The notes: generated by a model not told the origin, from the letters alone. Counted from the stretch's first letter, positions 20,041-30,556 are shown. The stretch: 64,000 bases of DNA from Candidatus Eiseniibacteriota bacterium (GCA_963823555.1 CAWGMA010000004.1:160001-224000); one strand, 5' to 3'. A program made the numbers and translations.

Positions 20041-21342
20041 GTGACCCACCCGATATCGATTCGCACGCTTCTGCGGCGGAACGAGAACTTCCGCAACCTG
20101 TGGATCGCCCAGCTGGTGAGCTACCTGGGTGACTGGTTCAACACCCTCGCGGTGTTCAGCCTCGTCACCGAGCTTACCGGCCAGTCGGGTCAGGCCCTGG
20201 CCCTGGTCCTCATCTCGCGCTTCCTCCCTGCCCTTGTGTTCAGCGCGGCGGCCGGGGTCGTGGCCGACCGCTACTCCCGGCGGTGGATCCTGATTGCCAC
20301 CGATCTCCTGCGTGCGGTCGTCGTTCTCGGGTTCCTCTTCGTGAGGGACCCCGATCAGGTGTGGCTCATCTATGCGCTGACTGCGGCTCAGCTCTCCCTC
20401 TCCGCGTTCTTTCAGCCCGCGCGTGATGCGGCCGTACCGACGATCACCAGTCGCCAGGAGCTCTTGGCGGCCAACGCGCTCAGCGGGGCGAGCTGGTCGA
20501 TGATGCTCGCCCTCGGGGCCGCCGCCGGAGGTCTTGTCACGCACTGGATGGGACGCGAGGCGGCCTTCGTGATCGATGCCATCACCTTCATCGTCTCGGC
20601 CCTGGTCGTGCGCCGGGTCAGGATCCCGACTCGCATCCGTCCGCCGCAGCGCGCGGTGTCGTTCAGCGAGCTCAGCGGTGTCAACGACATCATCGAAGGG
20701 GTCCGATATGTCATGGCGCATCCGTCAGTCGCCTGGTTGCTCATGGTGAAGCTCGGCTGGGGTCTTGGCGGTGGGGTGCTCCTCTTGCTTGTCGTCTTCG
20801 GCGAGCAGATCTTCCCGCCCGGCGGCGCGGCCGGAGTGGGTGTCCTCTACGCCGCACGCGGCCTGGGCTCGGCGATCGGGCCCTTCGCCGCCCGCCGGGT
20901 GGGGGGCGAAACGCCTCGTGCCATGCGCCATGCCATCACGGTCGGTTTCGCCTGTGCGGGCATCTTCTACATCGGCTTCAGCCATGCCGGCAGTCTGGGT
21001 CCGGCCGTGCTCGCTCTCCTGGGGGCCCACACGGGGGGGGCCATCCTGTGGGTGTTCTCGACGACGCTCCTCCAGCTCGCCGTGCCGGACCGCTTCCGCG
21101 GGCGCGTCTTCGCCGCGGAATGGGCCCTCGTGACGCTGTCCATGTCGGTTTCGAGCTTCCTGACCGGCAGAGCGCTCGATGCCGGGCTCGACCCGCGTGT
21201 GCTCGCGCGGATCCTGGGAATCGCGTTCCTCCTGCCCGGACTCGTCTGGGCGGGGGCACAGCCGTTCCTGCGCGGGCGCCTCGAGCAGCACATCGCGGCG
21301 CGGCGGGCCGAGGAGCCGCAAAGCGAGCCTGAGCTCGCCTGA
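20041..21342 (+). CDS. MFS transporter (DHA3/EntS-like)
   Basis: FRNLWIAQLVSYLGDWF, motif A GVVADRYSRR and VPDRFRGRVF; 12 TM. Confidence 0.92.
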   Translation: MTHPISIRTLLRRNENFRNLWIAQLVSYLGDWFNTLAVFSLVTELTGQSGQALALVLISRFLPALVFSAAAGVVADRYSRRWILIATDLLRAVVVLGFLFVRDPDQVWLIYALTAAQLSLSAFFQPARDAAVPTITSRQELLAANALSGASWSMMLALGAAAGGLVTHWMGREAAFVIDAITFIVSALVVRRVRIPTRIRPPQRAVSFSELSGVNDIIEGVRYVMAHPSVAWLLMVKLGWGLGGGVLLLLVVFGEQIFPPGGAAGVGVLYAARGLGSAIGPFAARRVGGETPRAMRHAITVGFACAGIFYIGFSHAGSLGPAVLALLGAHTGGAILWVFSTTLLQLAVPDRFRGRVFAAEWALVTLSMSVSSFLTGRALDAGLDPRVLARILGIAFLLPGLVWAGAQPFLRGRLEQHIAARRAEEPQSEPELA

Positions 21343-21513
21343 TCCGGACCACCCAGGCCCGCCACGGACGGGAATCTTCCCCCCGCGGTCCTTTGCGGCT
21401 GGGTTTCAACTCTTGCGGGCCGTGTGAAGGGCGTGATATACGGGGCCGATGCAGCGATCCGCGCGCATTCCCTGGGCGCGGGATGGTCGCGATCGAGGCG
21501 TCGAGGGGGAATC

Positions 21514-22281
21514 ATGCAGCTACTTGCGGGCAAGACGGGCCTCGTGATCGGCGTGGCCAACGAGCGGAGTCTGGCGTGGGGTATCGCGCTCGCCCTCCAT
21601 GGCGCCGGAGCTCGGCTCGGGTTCACCTTCCAGGGGGAGCCGTTCGAGAAGCGCGTGCGTCCGCTAGCTGAGCGCCTGGGATCGCCGCTCATCGAGCCCT
21701 GCGATGTCTCCAGCGAAGCCCAGCTCGAGCGCGTCGTGGGCCGGGCCAAGGAGGTGTTCGGGAGCCTGGATCTGCTCGTGCACGCCGTCGCTTATGCCGA
21801 CAAGGCGGCGCTGCAGGGGGAGTACCTGCAGGTGACGCGCGAGGCCTTCTTGAAGGCGATGGAGATCAGCGTGTACTCGCTGACCGCGCTCTGCCGGCTG
21901 GCCCGGCCGATCCTGCGGCCGGGGGGTGCGGTGTTGACGCTGACCTACCTCGGGTCGCAGCGAGTCGTGCCCAACTACAACGTGATGGGCGTGGCCAAGG
22001 CGGCGCTCGAGTCCAGCGTCCGCTACCTGGCTTCCGATCTCGGCCCCAGCGGGATCCGGGTGAACGCCATCTCGGCCGGTCCGGTGAAGACGCTCTCGGC
22101 GACGGGCGTTGCTGATTTCGCGAACATGCTCAAGTACCACGGCGGTCAATCGCCGCTCCGGCGCAATGTCGATCTCGAGGATGTCGGTCACACCGCTCTC
22201 TACTTGATGAGCGACCTCGCAACGGGAGTCACGGGCGAGATCGTTCATGTCGACGCCGGCTACTCGATCATGGGCGCCTAG
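21514..22281 (+). CDS. fabI: Enoyl-ACP reductase (NADH)
   Basis: GVANERSLAWGIA, ISVYSL, YNVMGVAKAALE, RVNAISAGP.KTL and TGEIVHVDAG. Confidence 0.96.
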   Translation: MQLLAGKTGLVIGVANERSLAWGIALALHGAGARLGFTFQGEPFEKRVRPLAERLGSPLIEPCDVSSEAQLERVVGRAKEVFGSLDLLVHAVAYADKAALQGEYLQVTREAFLKAMEISVYSLTALCRLARPILRPGGAVLTLTYLGSQRVVPNYNVMGVAKAALESSVRYLASDLGPSGIRVNAISAGPVKTLSATGVADFANMLKYHGGQSPLRRNVDLEDVGHTALYLMSDLATGVTGEIVHVDAGYSIMGA

Positions 22282-22994
22282 AGTCCCGCTGGTCGGCGCA
22301 GGACGCAGCGCCAGACGCGGCCCTCGACTCCATGAATGCGTGTCACGGCCACCGGCCCCAGTCCCGCCGCGAAGCGCCGGACCCGCTCCGGGCGCACGCA
22401 GTAAATGGGTGTGTCATCGATGCGGTCCTTCTCGCGCGCGAAATATAGAGCTGGCGCGCGAGCCTCCTCGTCGGTGAAGAAGTCGTAGAAGTCGAAGACG
22501 GTGCCGATCCGGGAGAGCGCGAGCATCTGGCGCACCAGGCGCTGCATGAGACGCCAGTGTGCCGGGGCGTCGTCGACGAGAAGCGCGAACACGCCGATGG
22601 CCACCACGGCATCCGCGACCGGGTGCGGTGACCAGTCGAGCACATCGGCGTGCTGGAAGTCGGCTCCCGGGAAGCGCCGGCGGGCCACGGTCACCATCCG
22701 CGGGGACAGGTCGGTTCCGGTGTAGGTCTTGACCGCGCTCAGTCGTTGCCGCAGGCGAGCATAGAAGTCCCCGGTCCCCGCTCCCACCTCGAGCACGGAA
22801 CGGGCCTGCCACACCTCGAGCACGTCGAGGACGGCATCGTGCCGGCGGTTGCGGTCATCGGGGGCGAACCACTTCGTGGCTTCGAGCAACGCCTCCTGGT
22901 GGGGGCTGGTGTCCGCCCCGGCCCGCGCCACCGAGAGGTCGAATGCCTCTCGGGTGCGCTCGAGTACGCGTCCGGCCCGGGAGTCGTGTCTCAA
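22278..22994 (-). CDS. Class I SAM-dependent methyltransferase
   Basis: VLEVGAGTG motif I, GTDLSPRMV and ADAVVAIGVF; GAGGAGG RBS before TTG 22994. Confidence 0.85.
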   Translation of the reverse strand: MRHDSRAGRVLERTREAFDLSVARAGADTSPHQEALLEATKWFAPDDRNRRHDAVLDVLEVWQARSVLEVGAGTGDFYARLRQRLSAVKTYTGTDLSPRMVTVARRRFPGADFQHADVLDWSPHPVADAVVAIGVFALLVDDAPAHWRLMQRLVRQMLALSRIGTVFDFYDFFTDEEARAPALYFAREKDRIDDTPIYCVRPERVRRFAAGLGPVAVTRIHGVEGRVWRCVLRRPAGL

Positions 22995-23103
22995 CGTACC
23001 CTCCTCAAGAAGGCGAGCGCCTCCCCATCCCAGTCTTCGGCCGATCGGAGTCCCTGAGGGTTCCTGGTCGCAGCCTGGCGGCAGGTCCAGCCGGTTGCAA
23101 GCA

Positions 23104-23139
23104 GCAAGCGCCGGCAGCTTGCTGGCTGCCGGCGCTTGC
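23104..23139. repeat. Perfect 15-bp inverted repeat (hairpin)
   Basis: GCAAGCGCCGGCAGC-ttgctg-GCTGCCGGCGCTTGC. Confidence 0.75.
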
Positions 23140-23462
23140 GCCTACCGTGGAAGCGGGTGCGCCCATCCCTGGATAGCGTCAGGTTCCGGCCGTACGAGTC
23201 CTTCTCGCGCGGCATGGACCGGTGCCACCGCTCCGCGGGCCGAAGCGAACCGCGCGCTGGACCGGATTCTCGGCGATCGGGCGGTCCTCGCCGCTGGCCT
23301 TTGGCCCGCGGCGCCATCCCGCCATCGCCGGAATCCTGACCGGCAAGCGCGGGGGGCGGTGGACGGTCGATCGGCCCCGAGTTCAGATCCCTTCCTCGCT
23401 CGGTCCCTCCGAACAGCCTCAGATACACCGGCCGCGAGGTCTGGTTTCAGCCGATTCGGCCC

Positions 23463-23981
23463 CTATCTTCGCGGTCGCTTCTTGGCTCCAGTCGTCCGGC
23501 TCCTGGCCGCCTGGGCGCGGGGCCGACGCCGGACCGGTGGGCGATCTGCCGCTGGAGTACCGCGCGCGAGGGCGCCTTCTCCGGCCTGGACCCGGATCGG
23601 CATCGGGCGCCGGGTCTGGTCCACGGCCACATAGACCGCCTCGGCCTCGGTCACCTTGACCCGCCGACCGCCCTCCAGCGCACGCTGGGCCTCGACGATC
23701 ACCTTGACCGTCACCGACGTCCGGCCCACGCGCTCCGTGCGCGTATAGAAGCTCACCAGATCGCCGACATACACCGGTTCGTGGAAAACGACCTCGCGCA
23801 CGGCCACGGTGACGAAGGTATGGGTGCCGTGCTTGCGAACCTCGACGCCACCGGCGAGGTCGATGTAGCTCAGGATCACCCCACCGAAGATGGTGCCCCA
23901 GGCATTGGTGTCCCGCGGCATCAGGGTTACCCGCAGGGTGGGTTCACCCCACGGATGACAGGGGATCTTGCTCTCACTCAT
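23463..23981 (-). CDS. Acyl-CoA thioesterase (HotDog, YciA-like)
   Basis: [42 protein letters not shown] and YVAVD. Confidence 0.92.
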   Translation of the reverse strand: MSESKIPCHPWGEPTLRVTLMPRDTNAWGTIFGGVILSYIDLAGGVEVRKHGTHTFVTVAVREVVFHEPVYVGDLVSFYTRTERVGRTSVTVKVIVEAQRALEGGRRVKVTEAEAVYVAVDQTRRPMPIRVQAGEGALARGTPAADRPPVRRRPRAQAARSRTTGAKKRPRR

Positions 23982-24752
23982 CTAGGCACCTCCCGGCGGT
24001 CGCTTGCTCCCGGCCTCCGCCTCGAGGGTCGGCTCGCCGTCATCCCGGTCCACGGTATCTCGCAGAAACTCACGAACCGCATCGTACACCTGCTCCTCGC
24101 GGCCGGTGAGGAGATGTCCCGCGCCCTCGATCCGGACCACGCGCACGGGCTCCGGCAACCGGCGCACCGCCGCGTCCAGTTCCGCACTCGGGCAGAAGGG
24201 GTCGCTGCTTCCGTGCACGAAGAGAATCGGCTTCTGGACCGCGGACAGGTGGTCGGAACCGTAGATGCTGACCGGTGTCCCGATCGAGATCAGGGCGGCG
24301 ACCCGCGGATCCGCCGCTCCGACCGCCACCGACAGCCAGGCGCCGAATGAGAAGCCGCCGGCGACGAGCGGGCGGTCGGGGCAGATGATCGCCAGCCGAT
24401 CGAGCGCAGCGCGGACATCATCGGCTTCCCCGATACCGCCGTCGAAGGCGCCCGCGCTGCGGCCGACACCGCGGAAATTGAAGCGCAGGGTCGGCATTCC
24501 GACGTCGCGTGCGGCGCGCGCGGCGCGGTAGACCACCTTCGAGTGCATGTTGCCCCCATTCAGGGGGTGAGGATGGCAGAAGAGGCCGGCATGTCGCCTG
24601 CGATCGATTGCCGGCCAGGACAGAATGGCCTCCAGAGGGCCGGCCGGCCCGGTGATCCAGCAGCTGCCCGCGAGGGTAGCTCCGGCTCGCTCGGGGCGTG
24701 GCGCCTGGCAGCCTTCCTCGTCGCCCGCTGCTTCTTGCTCGAATTCGTTCAT
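23982..24752 (-). CDS. Alpha/beta hydrolase (COG2945-like)
   Basis: GPAGPLEA, CHPHPLNGGNM, RFNFRGVGRS.G, nucleophile GFSFG, D and H of the triad. Confidence 0.92.
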   Translation of the reverse strand: MNEFEQEAAGDEEGCQAPRPERAGATLAGSCWITGPAGPLEAILSWPAIDRRRHAGLFCHPHPLNGGNMHSKVVYRAARAARDVGMPTLRFNFRGVGRSAGAFDGGIGEADDVRAALDRLAIICPDRPLVAGGFSFGAWLSVAVGAADPRVAALISIGTPVSIYGSDHLSAVQKPILFVHGSSDPFCPSAELDAAVRRLPEPVRVVRIEGAGHLLTGREEQVYDAVREFLRDTVDRDDGEPTLEAEAGSKRPPGGA

Positions 24753-24765
24753 TCGATCCAGCCGT

Positions 24766-26181
24766 CTACGAGATCTCGGGGACTACGTCCACCTTCCTCA
24801 GGGGAGGCCTGGCCTCGGCCGCAAGGCTGCGACTCGCCTGGTATCCCATGCCCGCCATGGCGCTGAAGTGCCAGAGGTGAGGGTAGAACATGCTGCTCAG
24901 GAAGAACGTGCAGACAAGATAGGCAACGAAACCGCACTCGGCGCCCGACATGATCTGTCTGAGTCGACGCGCGTCCTCGCTGCGGATGCCGGCGGTCAGA
25001 GCCCGGGATCGGCGGAAGGTGCGTAGGGTAATCACGATCATGCCCAGGATGTAGATCAAGCCGGGCACGCCGAACTGCCCGATGAACTCGATGTACATGC
25101 TGTGCGCCGCGGTCCATCGCGTGTTGATCGTGTTGTAGTAGGTGCCGTAGGTGCGGCTGAAGTTGCCGAGGCCGCAGCCGAACAGCGGGTTGTCGATCAT
25201 CATCTGGATGCCGCCCTTCCAGGCGTCGATGCGGCCCTGCGCCGAGCCCTCGGTCGAGTAGTCCTTCACCGATTCGATCCGCTGCCAGTACGTGGGCGGC
25301 ATGATGGCGAAAAAGATGATGAGCATGACCAGCATCGCGAGGCCGGCCCGAAGCTTGCGCTCGCTCTTCAGCCACATGTAGAGCACCATGCCGACGAAGC
25401 CGACGAAGGCGCCCCGGGAGAACGAGAAGAGGACCGTGAGCCCGGACAGGGTCATGCCGAGGATCAGCACCAGGCGAGCCAGATTGCGCCGCGTGACGGG
25501 CAGGAGGAAGTACATGTAGGGAATCATGATCAGGAGTGCCATGGCGGAGTCGTTCTCGTCGCCGAGGAAGCTGCCGCCGAGATCCCCGAAACGCCGCTGG
25601 CCGGCGGTGACGAACAGAAAGAAGCCCCCGATCGATAGCACGAAGTGCATGAGCACGTAGAGCCAGGTCAGCTTGTAGACCTGGTCGTGCGTGCGAACGA
25701 CGCTGTACATGACCCAGAACACGATGAATGTCTTCGCCATGTCGATCCAGAAGCGCGCCACCATGCCCTGGGATATGGCCACGAAGAGCGAGAAGAACCC
25801 GAGCAGGAGGAAGATGAAGTACGCTTTCACCTGCCAGTTGATCACGACCGGGACCCGGTGGCGAATGACGTTGAGGATCCAGGCGCCCAGGAGCGCGGAG
25901 GAGACGAGGAGCGTCGGACGCAGGGCGGCGATTGCCGGGATTCGATAGCCGGGTTGCAGGTACTCGAAGAGAAGGTAGATGACGATGCCGAGGTACAGGT
26001 TGCGGATGATCGCCATGGCCACGAGGAGGACAGGGGCCACGGCGAGGATGGCGAGGACCGCCGCCTCGGGCACCGGCATCACGAGCACGAGCCCGGCCAC
26101 GAGAGAGACGAAGAGGAGGAAGACCCAGGCCGGATTATCGCGCAGAAAAGCCAGCGCATCGTGTCCAGCACGGATGTTCAT
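24766..26181 (-). CDS. O-antigen ligase/polymerase-family membrane protein
   Basis: Multi-TM; DENDSA, SRGAF, SAQGR..AW, NPLFG.G.GNF and AHSMY. Confidence 0.88.
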   Translation of the reverse strand: MNIRAGHDALAFLRDNPAWVFLLFVSLVAGLVLVMPVPEAAVLAILAVAPVLLVAMAIIRNLYLGIVIYLLFEYLQPGYRIPAIAALRPTLLVSSALLGAWILNVIRHRVPVVINWQVKAYFIFLLLGFFSLFVAISQGMVARFWIDMAKTFIVFWVMYSVVRTHDQVYKLTWLYVLMHFVLSIGGFFLFVTAGQRRFGDLGGSFLGDENDSAMALLIMIPYMYFLLPVTRRNLARLVLILGMTLSGLTVLFSFSRGAFVGFVGMVLYMWLKSERKLRAGLAMLVMLIIFFAIMPPTYWQRIESVKDYSTEGSAQGRIDAWKGGIQMMIDNPLFGCGLGNFSRTYGTYYNTINTRWTAAHSMYIEFIGQFGVPGLIYILGMIVITLRTFRRSRALTAGIRSEDARRLRQIMSGAECGFVAYLVCTFFLSSMFYPHLWHFSAMAGMGYQASRSLAAEARPPLRKVDVVPEIS

Positions 26182-26269
26182 GGCCGCTCGGAACTCGCCT
26201 CGCGGCGGCAGGTGGCGGGTGGCAGGAATCGGGTCATCGCTTCGATGGCGAGCATCCTATCATAGCGGT

Positions 26270-27565
26270 ATGAGGAGGCCTGAGTTCCCGGAGCGGCTGA
26301 TTCCTGCCTCGTTGGGTCTCGTGCTGCTGGCCGTGGGCTCCGGCTTCGGGCCGGGCATGGCCCGCGCCGCGACTGGACCGACGGCGGTCGTCTCCGGGGA
26401 GCTCATGGACCCCTCCGGTTCGCGCCCGCTGCCTGGCACGGAGGTCTGGCTCGGACCAGGACAGCGGTCAGCGACCGATGCCGCGGGCCGCTTCCACTTC
26501 TCGGGAGTGACCACCGCCGTCTACCGTCTCATCGTCCCGGGAGCCTGCAATCTGGTGCCGCTTCGCGTCGAGGTGCGTCCCGGGGAAGATCTCGAGCTCC
26601 GGGCCGCCGCCGACTTCGCCTGCCCGGACGGGCAGCGGCTCTGGGATCCCGACAGCCTGCCCCCGAGCTTCGCGCGCGAGCCCCTGCGCACCATCCTGGC
26701 CACCTCTCGGCCGCATTTCATGCTGGATGGCACCGCTCCCGCCTGGCAGATGATGGACGCTGGCCAGGAGGGCCCCGTGGTCATCGGTGTCCCGGCCCGT
26801 CCCGGTGCCCCCGCGCGAACCGTGGCGGATACCGTCGCTGGCCCCGCCTGGATCACGCTCCGGGAGCGCGATCCGGATTCCTCTCACTCCCGCCAGTTCA
26901 CCTTGCTTGCGGATGGAACGCTCGGCGTCGCTCTCATCGCCGAGTCGCCTCAAGCGCCGATCCTCAGGCGCAAGTTATGCGCTCGTTGCGTCTCGGATTT
27001 CTTCAGTGAGCTTGCATCACTCGATCTGGCGGGGGGATCTGCTGACTTTTGCCGCGAGAAAGGTGGCCGTTCCGTGACGATCGCCGGCGTCGTCGGGGGG
27101 AGGACCTTCATGATCCATACTGCCGGCCTGCGGCTGGCTCCGGTCGAGGCGGTCCGGACGCGCCTCCTCGACCTGGGCGGTCTCCCCGGCTACGTCGACC
27201 CCGTTGCGCGGGCTCGCTTCACTCCCCAGCTCAGCTTCGAAGTCCCGGAGTTCGTCGGACAGGGAGAGCGCTTCACGGTGCGGGCCCGGGTCGCCGTGGA
27301 GGAGGGGGTCTTCCTGTCGGGAGCGGCTCTGTGGCTCGAGGTGGCGCGGGCGGAGCCGGTGGCCGGGGATCGCGGTGCGAGCGGTTCGCTCGCGGCGGGG
27401 CAGCCCCTCGTGATCGAGGCGGATTTCCTCGTGCCCGTCGAGCCCACCGGCCCGGGGCCAGCCACCACCCTCCGTGCCGAGCTCTTCTTCGCTGCGGAGA
27501 ACGCGGTGCCGGAGGATCCCTCGCTCGAGCGTCCATCGCGCGTGATCCGCATCCGCGCGCGCTAG
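26270..27565 (+). CDS. Secreted protein with N-terminal carboxypeptidase-regulatory-like (SD-B type) domain
   Basis: Signal peptide; VSGELMDPSGSRPLPGTEV...TDAAGRFHFSGV...YRL pattern. Confidence 0.6.
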   Translation: MRRPEFPERLIPASLGLVLLAVGSGFGPGMARAATGPTAVVSGELMDPSGSRPLPGTEVWLGPGQRSATDAAGRFHFSGVTTAVYRLIVPGACNLVPLRVEVRPGEDLELRAAADFACPDGQRLWDPDSLPPSFAREPLRTILATSRPHFMLDGTAPAWQMMDAGQEGPVVIGVPARPGAPARTVADTVAGPAWITLRERDPDSSHSRQFTLLADGTLGVALIAESPQAPILRRKLCARCVSDFFSELASLDLAGGSADFCREKGGRSVTIAGVVGGRTFMIHTAGLRLAPVEAVRTRLLDLGGLPGYVDPVARARFTPQLSFEVPEFVGQGERFTVRARVAVEEGVFLSGAALWLEVARAEPVAGDRGASGSLAAGQPLVIEADFLVPVEPTGPGPATTLRAELFFAAENAVPEDPSLERPSRVIRIRAR

Positions 27566-27566
27566 G

Positions 27567-28397
27567 TCAGGGGGTGCCGCCCGTCCCTGCCCCGACGGCA
27601 GGCTCTCTCACCTTCACCGTGCGCGCTGGAATCCCGTGGGCGATGCCGAGGTCGGGCACGTCCTTCGTGACGACCGCTCCGGCGCCGATGACCGCTCCCC
27701 GGCCCACGGTGACCCCCTCGAGGATCGTCACTCCGGCCCCGAGCCATGATCCGCTCCCCACCGTCGTTGGCTTCGATGCCGAGAGATCGTACTGCTTGGC
27801 GATCGGGATGTCCGTGCGGTCGAGCTGGTAAGAACCTCCGCTCAGGATGTAGCAGTAGGCGGCGATCACGGTGTCGGCGCCGATCACGACACGGTTCGCT
27901 GAGAAGACGTCGCAGCTGAAGCCGAAGTTCACGTTACGCTCGAGCACGATGTCCCCGTCCTTGCAGCTGAGGATGGTGTTGCGCCCGAGAAAGACCTGGT
28001 CGCCAAGGACGATGCCCTGGTTGTGCGTGCCCTTGGCGTCGAGGAGGCAGTTGTCATCGATCACGCAGCCGTCGCCGATCCAGATCTTGTGGGGATGGCG
28101 GAAGGTCACGTTGGCGCCGAATACGACGCCGCGCCCGACGTGCCCGAGGAAGGAACGATAGAGCTTGCCGCGGAGGAAGATGCCGAGGGCGCCGGGAAGT
28201 CGGCCAACGAAGAGCATGATGAGCTCGAAACGGAGGAGCGGCCATAGACCCCGGCGCCCGATGACCAGGTCCTGGTACTGGGTCATCTTGGATCCCGGCT
28301 GGGCAAGCGCGCCGTGCACCTTGACCTCGGTGCCGCGTCCACGGCTCTCGCTTCCGGGATCGACACCCTCATGGCCGGCGGCTCGGTCTGAGCTCAT
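27567..28397 (-). CDS. Left-handed beta-helix sugar O-acyltransferase
   Basis: Hexapeptide repeats, IGDGCVIDD, WLGAGVTILEGVTVGRGAVIGAGAVVTKDVP and GIPAR. Confidence 0.9.
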   Translation of the reverse strand: MSSDRAAGHEGVDPGSESRGRGTEVKVHGALAQPGSKMTQYQDLVIGRRGLWPLLRFELIMLFVGRLPGALGIFLRGKLYRSFLGHVGRGVVFGANVTFRHPHKIWIGDGCVIDDNCLLDAKGTHNQGIVLGDQVFLGRNTILSCKDGDIVLERNVNFGFSCDVFSANRVVIGADTVIAAYCYILSGGSYQLDRTDIPIAKQYDLSASKPTTVGSGSWLGAGVTILEGVTVGRGAVIGAGAVVTKDVPDLGIAHGIPARTVKVREPAVGAGTGGTP

Positions 28398-28422
28398 ATC
28401 GGTCTCCCTTCGGGTCTTGGCT

Positions 28423-29412
28423 TCAGAGCAGCTTCTGCTCTCGGTACCACTCTGCCAGCTCGGCGAGGCCACGGTCGAGTCGAACCTGAGGCTTGTAGTC
28501 GAGGATCGCTCGGGCGCGCTCGGTCGAGTACGCGCGGTCGGTGCCGAAGAAGGCAATGCGCCGCCGATAGAGCGGCGGCGAGATGCGGAGCGGACGGCAC
28601 AGGATCTCGGAGAGAACCGCCAGCGCATGAACCGGAGCGTAGGGAATGCGCCAGGTCGGTGCCGGCACGCCCAGAATGCGTGCGACTAGACGCATGAGAT
28701 CGCCGGTCGTGATCGGGGAGTCGTCGGCGAGGAGGATGGTCTGGCCGCGCGCATTGGGTGCGCGCAGGGCGCGGAGGATGCCCTCGGCCGCATCGTCGCG
28801 GTGGATGAAATGCAGACGTTTCCGCCCGGAACCGATGAGGACGAACCGCCGGCGCGCGATCGGGCGGAAGAGCTTCAGAAACCGGAGCTCGCCGGGCCCG
28901 TAGATGGCGCAGGGCCTCAGGATGACCGATTCGATGCCGTCGGAATGCGCGATACGCCGCACCGCCTGCTCGCCACGCCACTTGGTGAGCTCGTAGAGAT
29001 CCGCCGGTCGGGGTAAGTCCGCCTCGGTGCCCAGTCGCTCCGGTCCAACGTCGCCGAGCACTCCGGCTGTGGAAACGTAGACGAAGCGGCGAACACGGCT
29101 CCGCGCCGCTGCCTGGAGGAGCCGCTTGGTCCCTTCGCTGTTGACTTGCCAGAAATCGCTGCGCCGGATCGCACCGCCACGGTGCACCGCCGCCATGTGG
29201 AGGATCGCATCCATGTCGCGGGGCGCCTCGTCGAGGGACCACGTGTCCCTGAGATCGCCCGGATGGATCTCGACGCCCATCATCTCGAGCGCCGACGCAT
29301 CGTGTCCCGGCCTGACAAGCGCGCGCACTGCCGCTCCGGTCGAGACCAGACGGCGGCAGACCTCAGTACCCAGGAAACCGGTGGCTCCGGTGAGGAGAAC
29401 GCGTTCGCTCAT
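28423..29412 (-). CDS. NAD-dependent epimerase/dehydratase (extended SDR)
   Basis: TGATGFLG, HMAA, YVST, YELTK and RP..IYGP. Confidence 0.92.
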   Translation of the reverse strand: MSERVLLTGATGFLGTEVCRRLVSTGAAVRALVRPGHDASALEMMGVEIHPGDLRDTWSLDEAPRDMDAILHMAAVHRGGAIRRSDFWQVNSEGTKRLLQAAARSRVRRFVYVSTAGVLGDVGPERLGTEADLPRPADLYELTKWRGEQAVRRIAHSDGIESVILRPCAIYGPGELRFLKLFRPIARRRFVLIGSGRKRLHFIHRDDAAEGILRALRAPNARGQTILLADDSPITTGDLMRLVARILGVPAPTWRIPYAPVHALAVLSEILCRPLRISPPLYRRRIAFFGTDRAYSTERARAILDYKPQVRLDRGLAELAEWYREQKLL

Positions 29413-29590
29413 GCGTGGTGGCCGGCGCTGGCTGTGGCGCTCCGGCCGGCGGGGCTAAGATCGGCCCATTTCGCTGCGACCGCAACCCAAAAGCGGGGTC
29501 GGGGGGTGTCACCGGCGTCCGCATCAAAGGCCACGGCGCGCGGTGATTGATCTCCGCGCGCCGTGGCCGCCTGCCCTGTCGCCGATCGCT

Positions 29591-30076
29591 CTAGCGATCG
29601 AGAATCTTCTCGATATCGGCACGCACCAGCAGCGGGTCCTTGTCCTGGGCCAGCGCGATCTCGCGCACCAGCGTGCGGACCGCCGTCTCGAGCATCTCGT
29701 TCTCGTCATCGGTCAGTCGCTTGACTTGACCGAGACGCCCGAGGTCCCGGACCACGGCCGCCAGATCTGCGGGTGTTCCGTTGGCGACGATCGGACGGAA
29801 GATCTTCACTCGCTCTCGCGGTCTGAGCTTGGAGAGCGCCCGCGCCCGCCGCTTGAGCGTGGCCATGACCTTGGAGACATCCGCCGGGGCCATGGGCGCC
29901 CGCATGTTGAGCTGCTCCGCCTTCTCCAAGGGAACGAGGATCTGGGTATTGTGCCGTGGAAAGTGGATCTGGAGGCATCGAGAGGCTCCCCCGAGCAACT
30001 CCGCGGTCTCGATGCGACGAACAACGCCCACCCCATACTTGGGGTGAACAATGTGCTGGCCCACCGTGAACTGCAT
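29591..30076 (-). CDS. carD: CarD family transcription factor
   Basis: MQFTVGQHIVHPKYGVGVV, ILVP, LAAVVRDL and L..EIALA. Confidence 0.85.
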   Translation of the reverse strand: MQFTVGQHIVHPKYGVGVVRRIETAELLGGASRCLQIHFPRHNTQILVPLEKAEQLNMRAPMAPADVSKVMATLKRRARALSKLRPRERVKIFRPIVANGTPADLAAVVRDLGRLGQVKRLTDDENEMLETAVRTLVREIALAQDKDPLLVRADIEKILDR

Positions 30077-30347
30077 GGGTCGACACCACCTTTCTGCCGT
30101 CCGGGTGGCTGCTGCGGGTGCTGTGGCCGGGAGGCGCCGGGGGGACGGTCGGCCACATGGACTCCTGCCCGCAGGTAATCGGACTGGTTGCCCTATTTTA
30201 CACCAGAACACGGCCGTTTTCTCCCTCGAAAGCGCCCCCTCTGGATTTCGATGCGTGGAGATAAGTCATTCTCTCTCCATAGGTTGACTTTTCCGCTGGT
30301 GCCGCCTGAGGCCGTGCCGTGCGTGGTGGGCGGGAATTCCGCGGGCT

Positions 30348-30377
30348 TTGAACCTGTGGCATCGATGCGGGTATCCT
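30348..30377 (+). promoter_or_regulatory. Putative sigma70 promoter for erpA, giving a 5' leader of about 175 nt
   Basis: TTGAAC-18 bp-TATCCT; the spacer contains the palindrome GCATCGATGC. Confidence 0.35.
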
Positions 30378-30556
30378 AAGACGAGGAACAGAATTCCTGC
30401 CGCGGGGGGTCGTGGGTGGCCATCCTGGTGCAGGTTCGTGATCGTCAAGTCGGCGGCTGCTGACGGACCCGGAATCCTGGCAGGAAAGGGGTCCGGAAAT
30501 CGGCCCGGGGCGATCCCAGGCAGACACGAGAACGCGCAGAAGGGAGTTCACGGATC

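Noticed and set aside
22991..23428. 145-aa ORF as a confident CDS
   Set aside because: Arg/Pro/Gly-rich composition with no motifs and no clear RBS; mentioned only as a possibility under findings.
30279..30300. IscR type 1 site (ATAGGTTGACT) upstream of erpA
   Set aside because: Only one half resembles the consensus and no IscR is encoded in the isc operon here.
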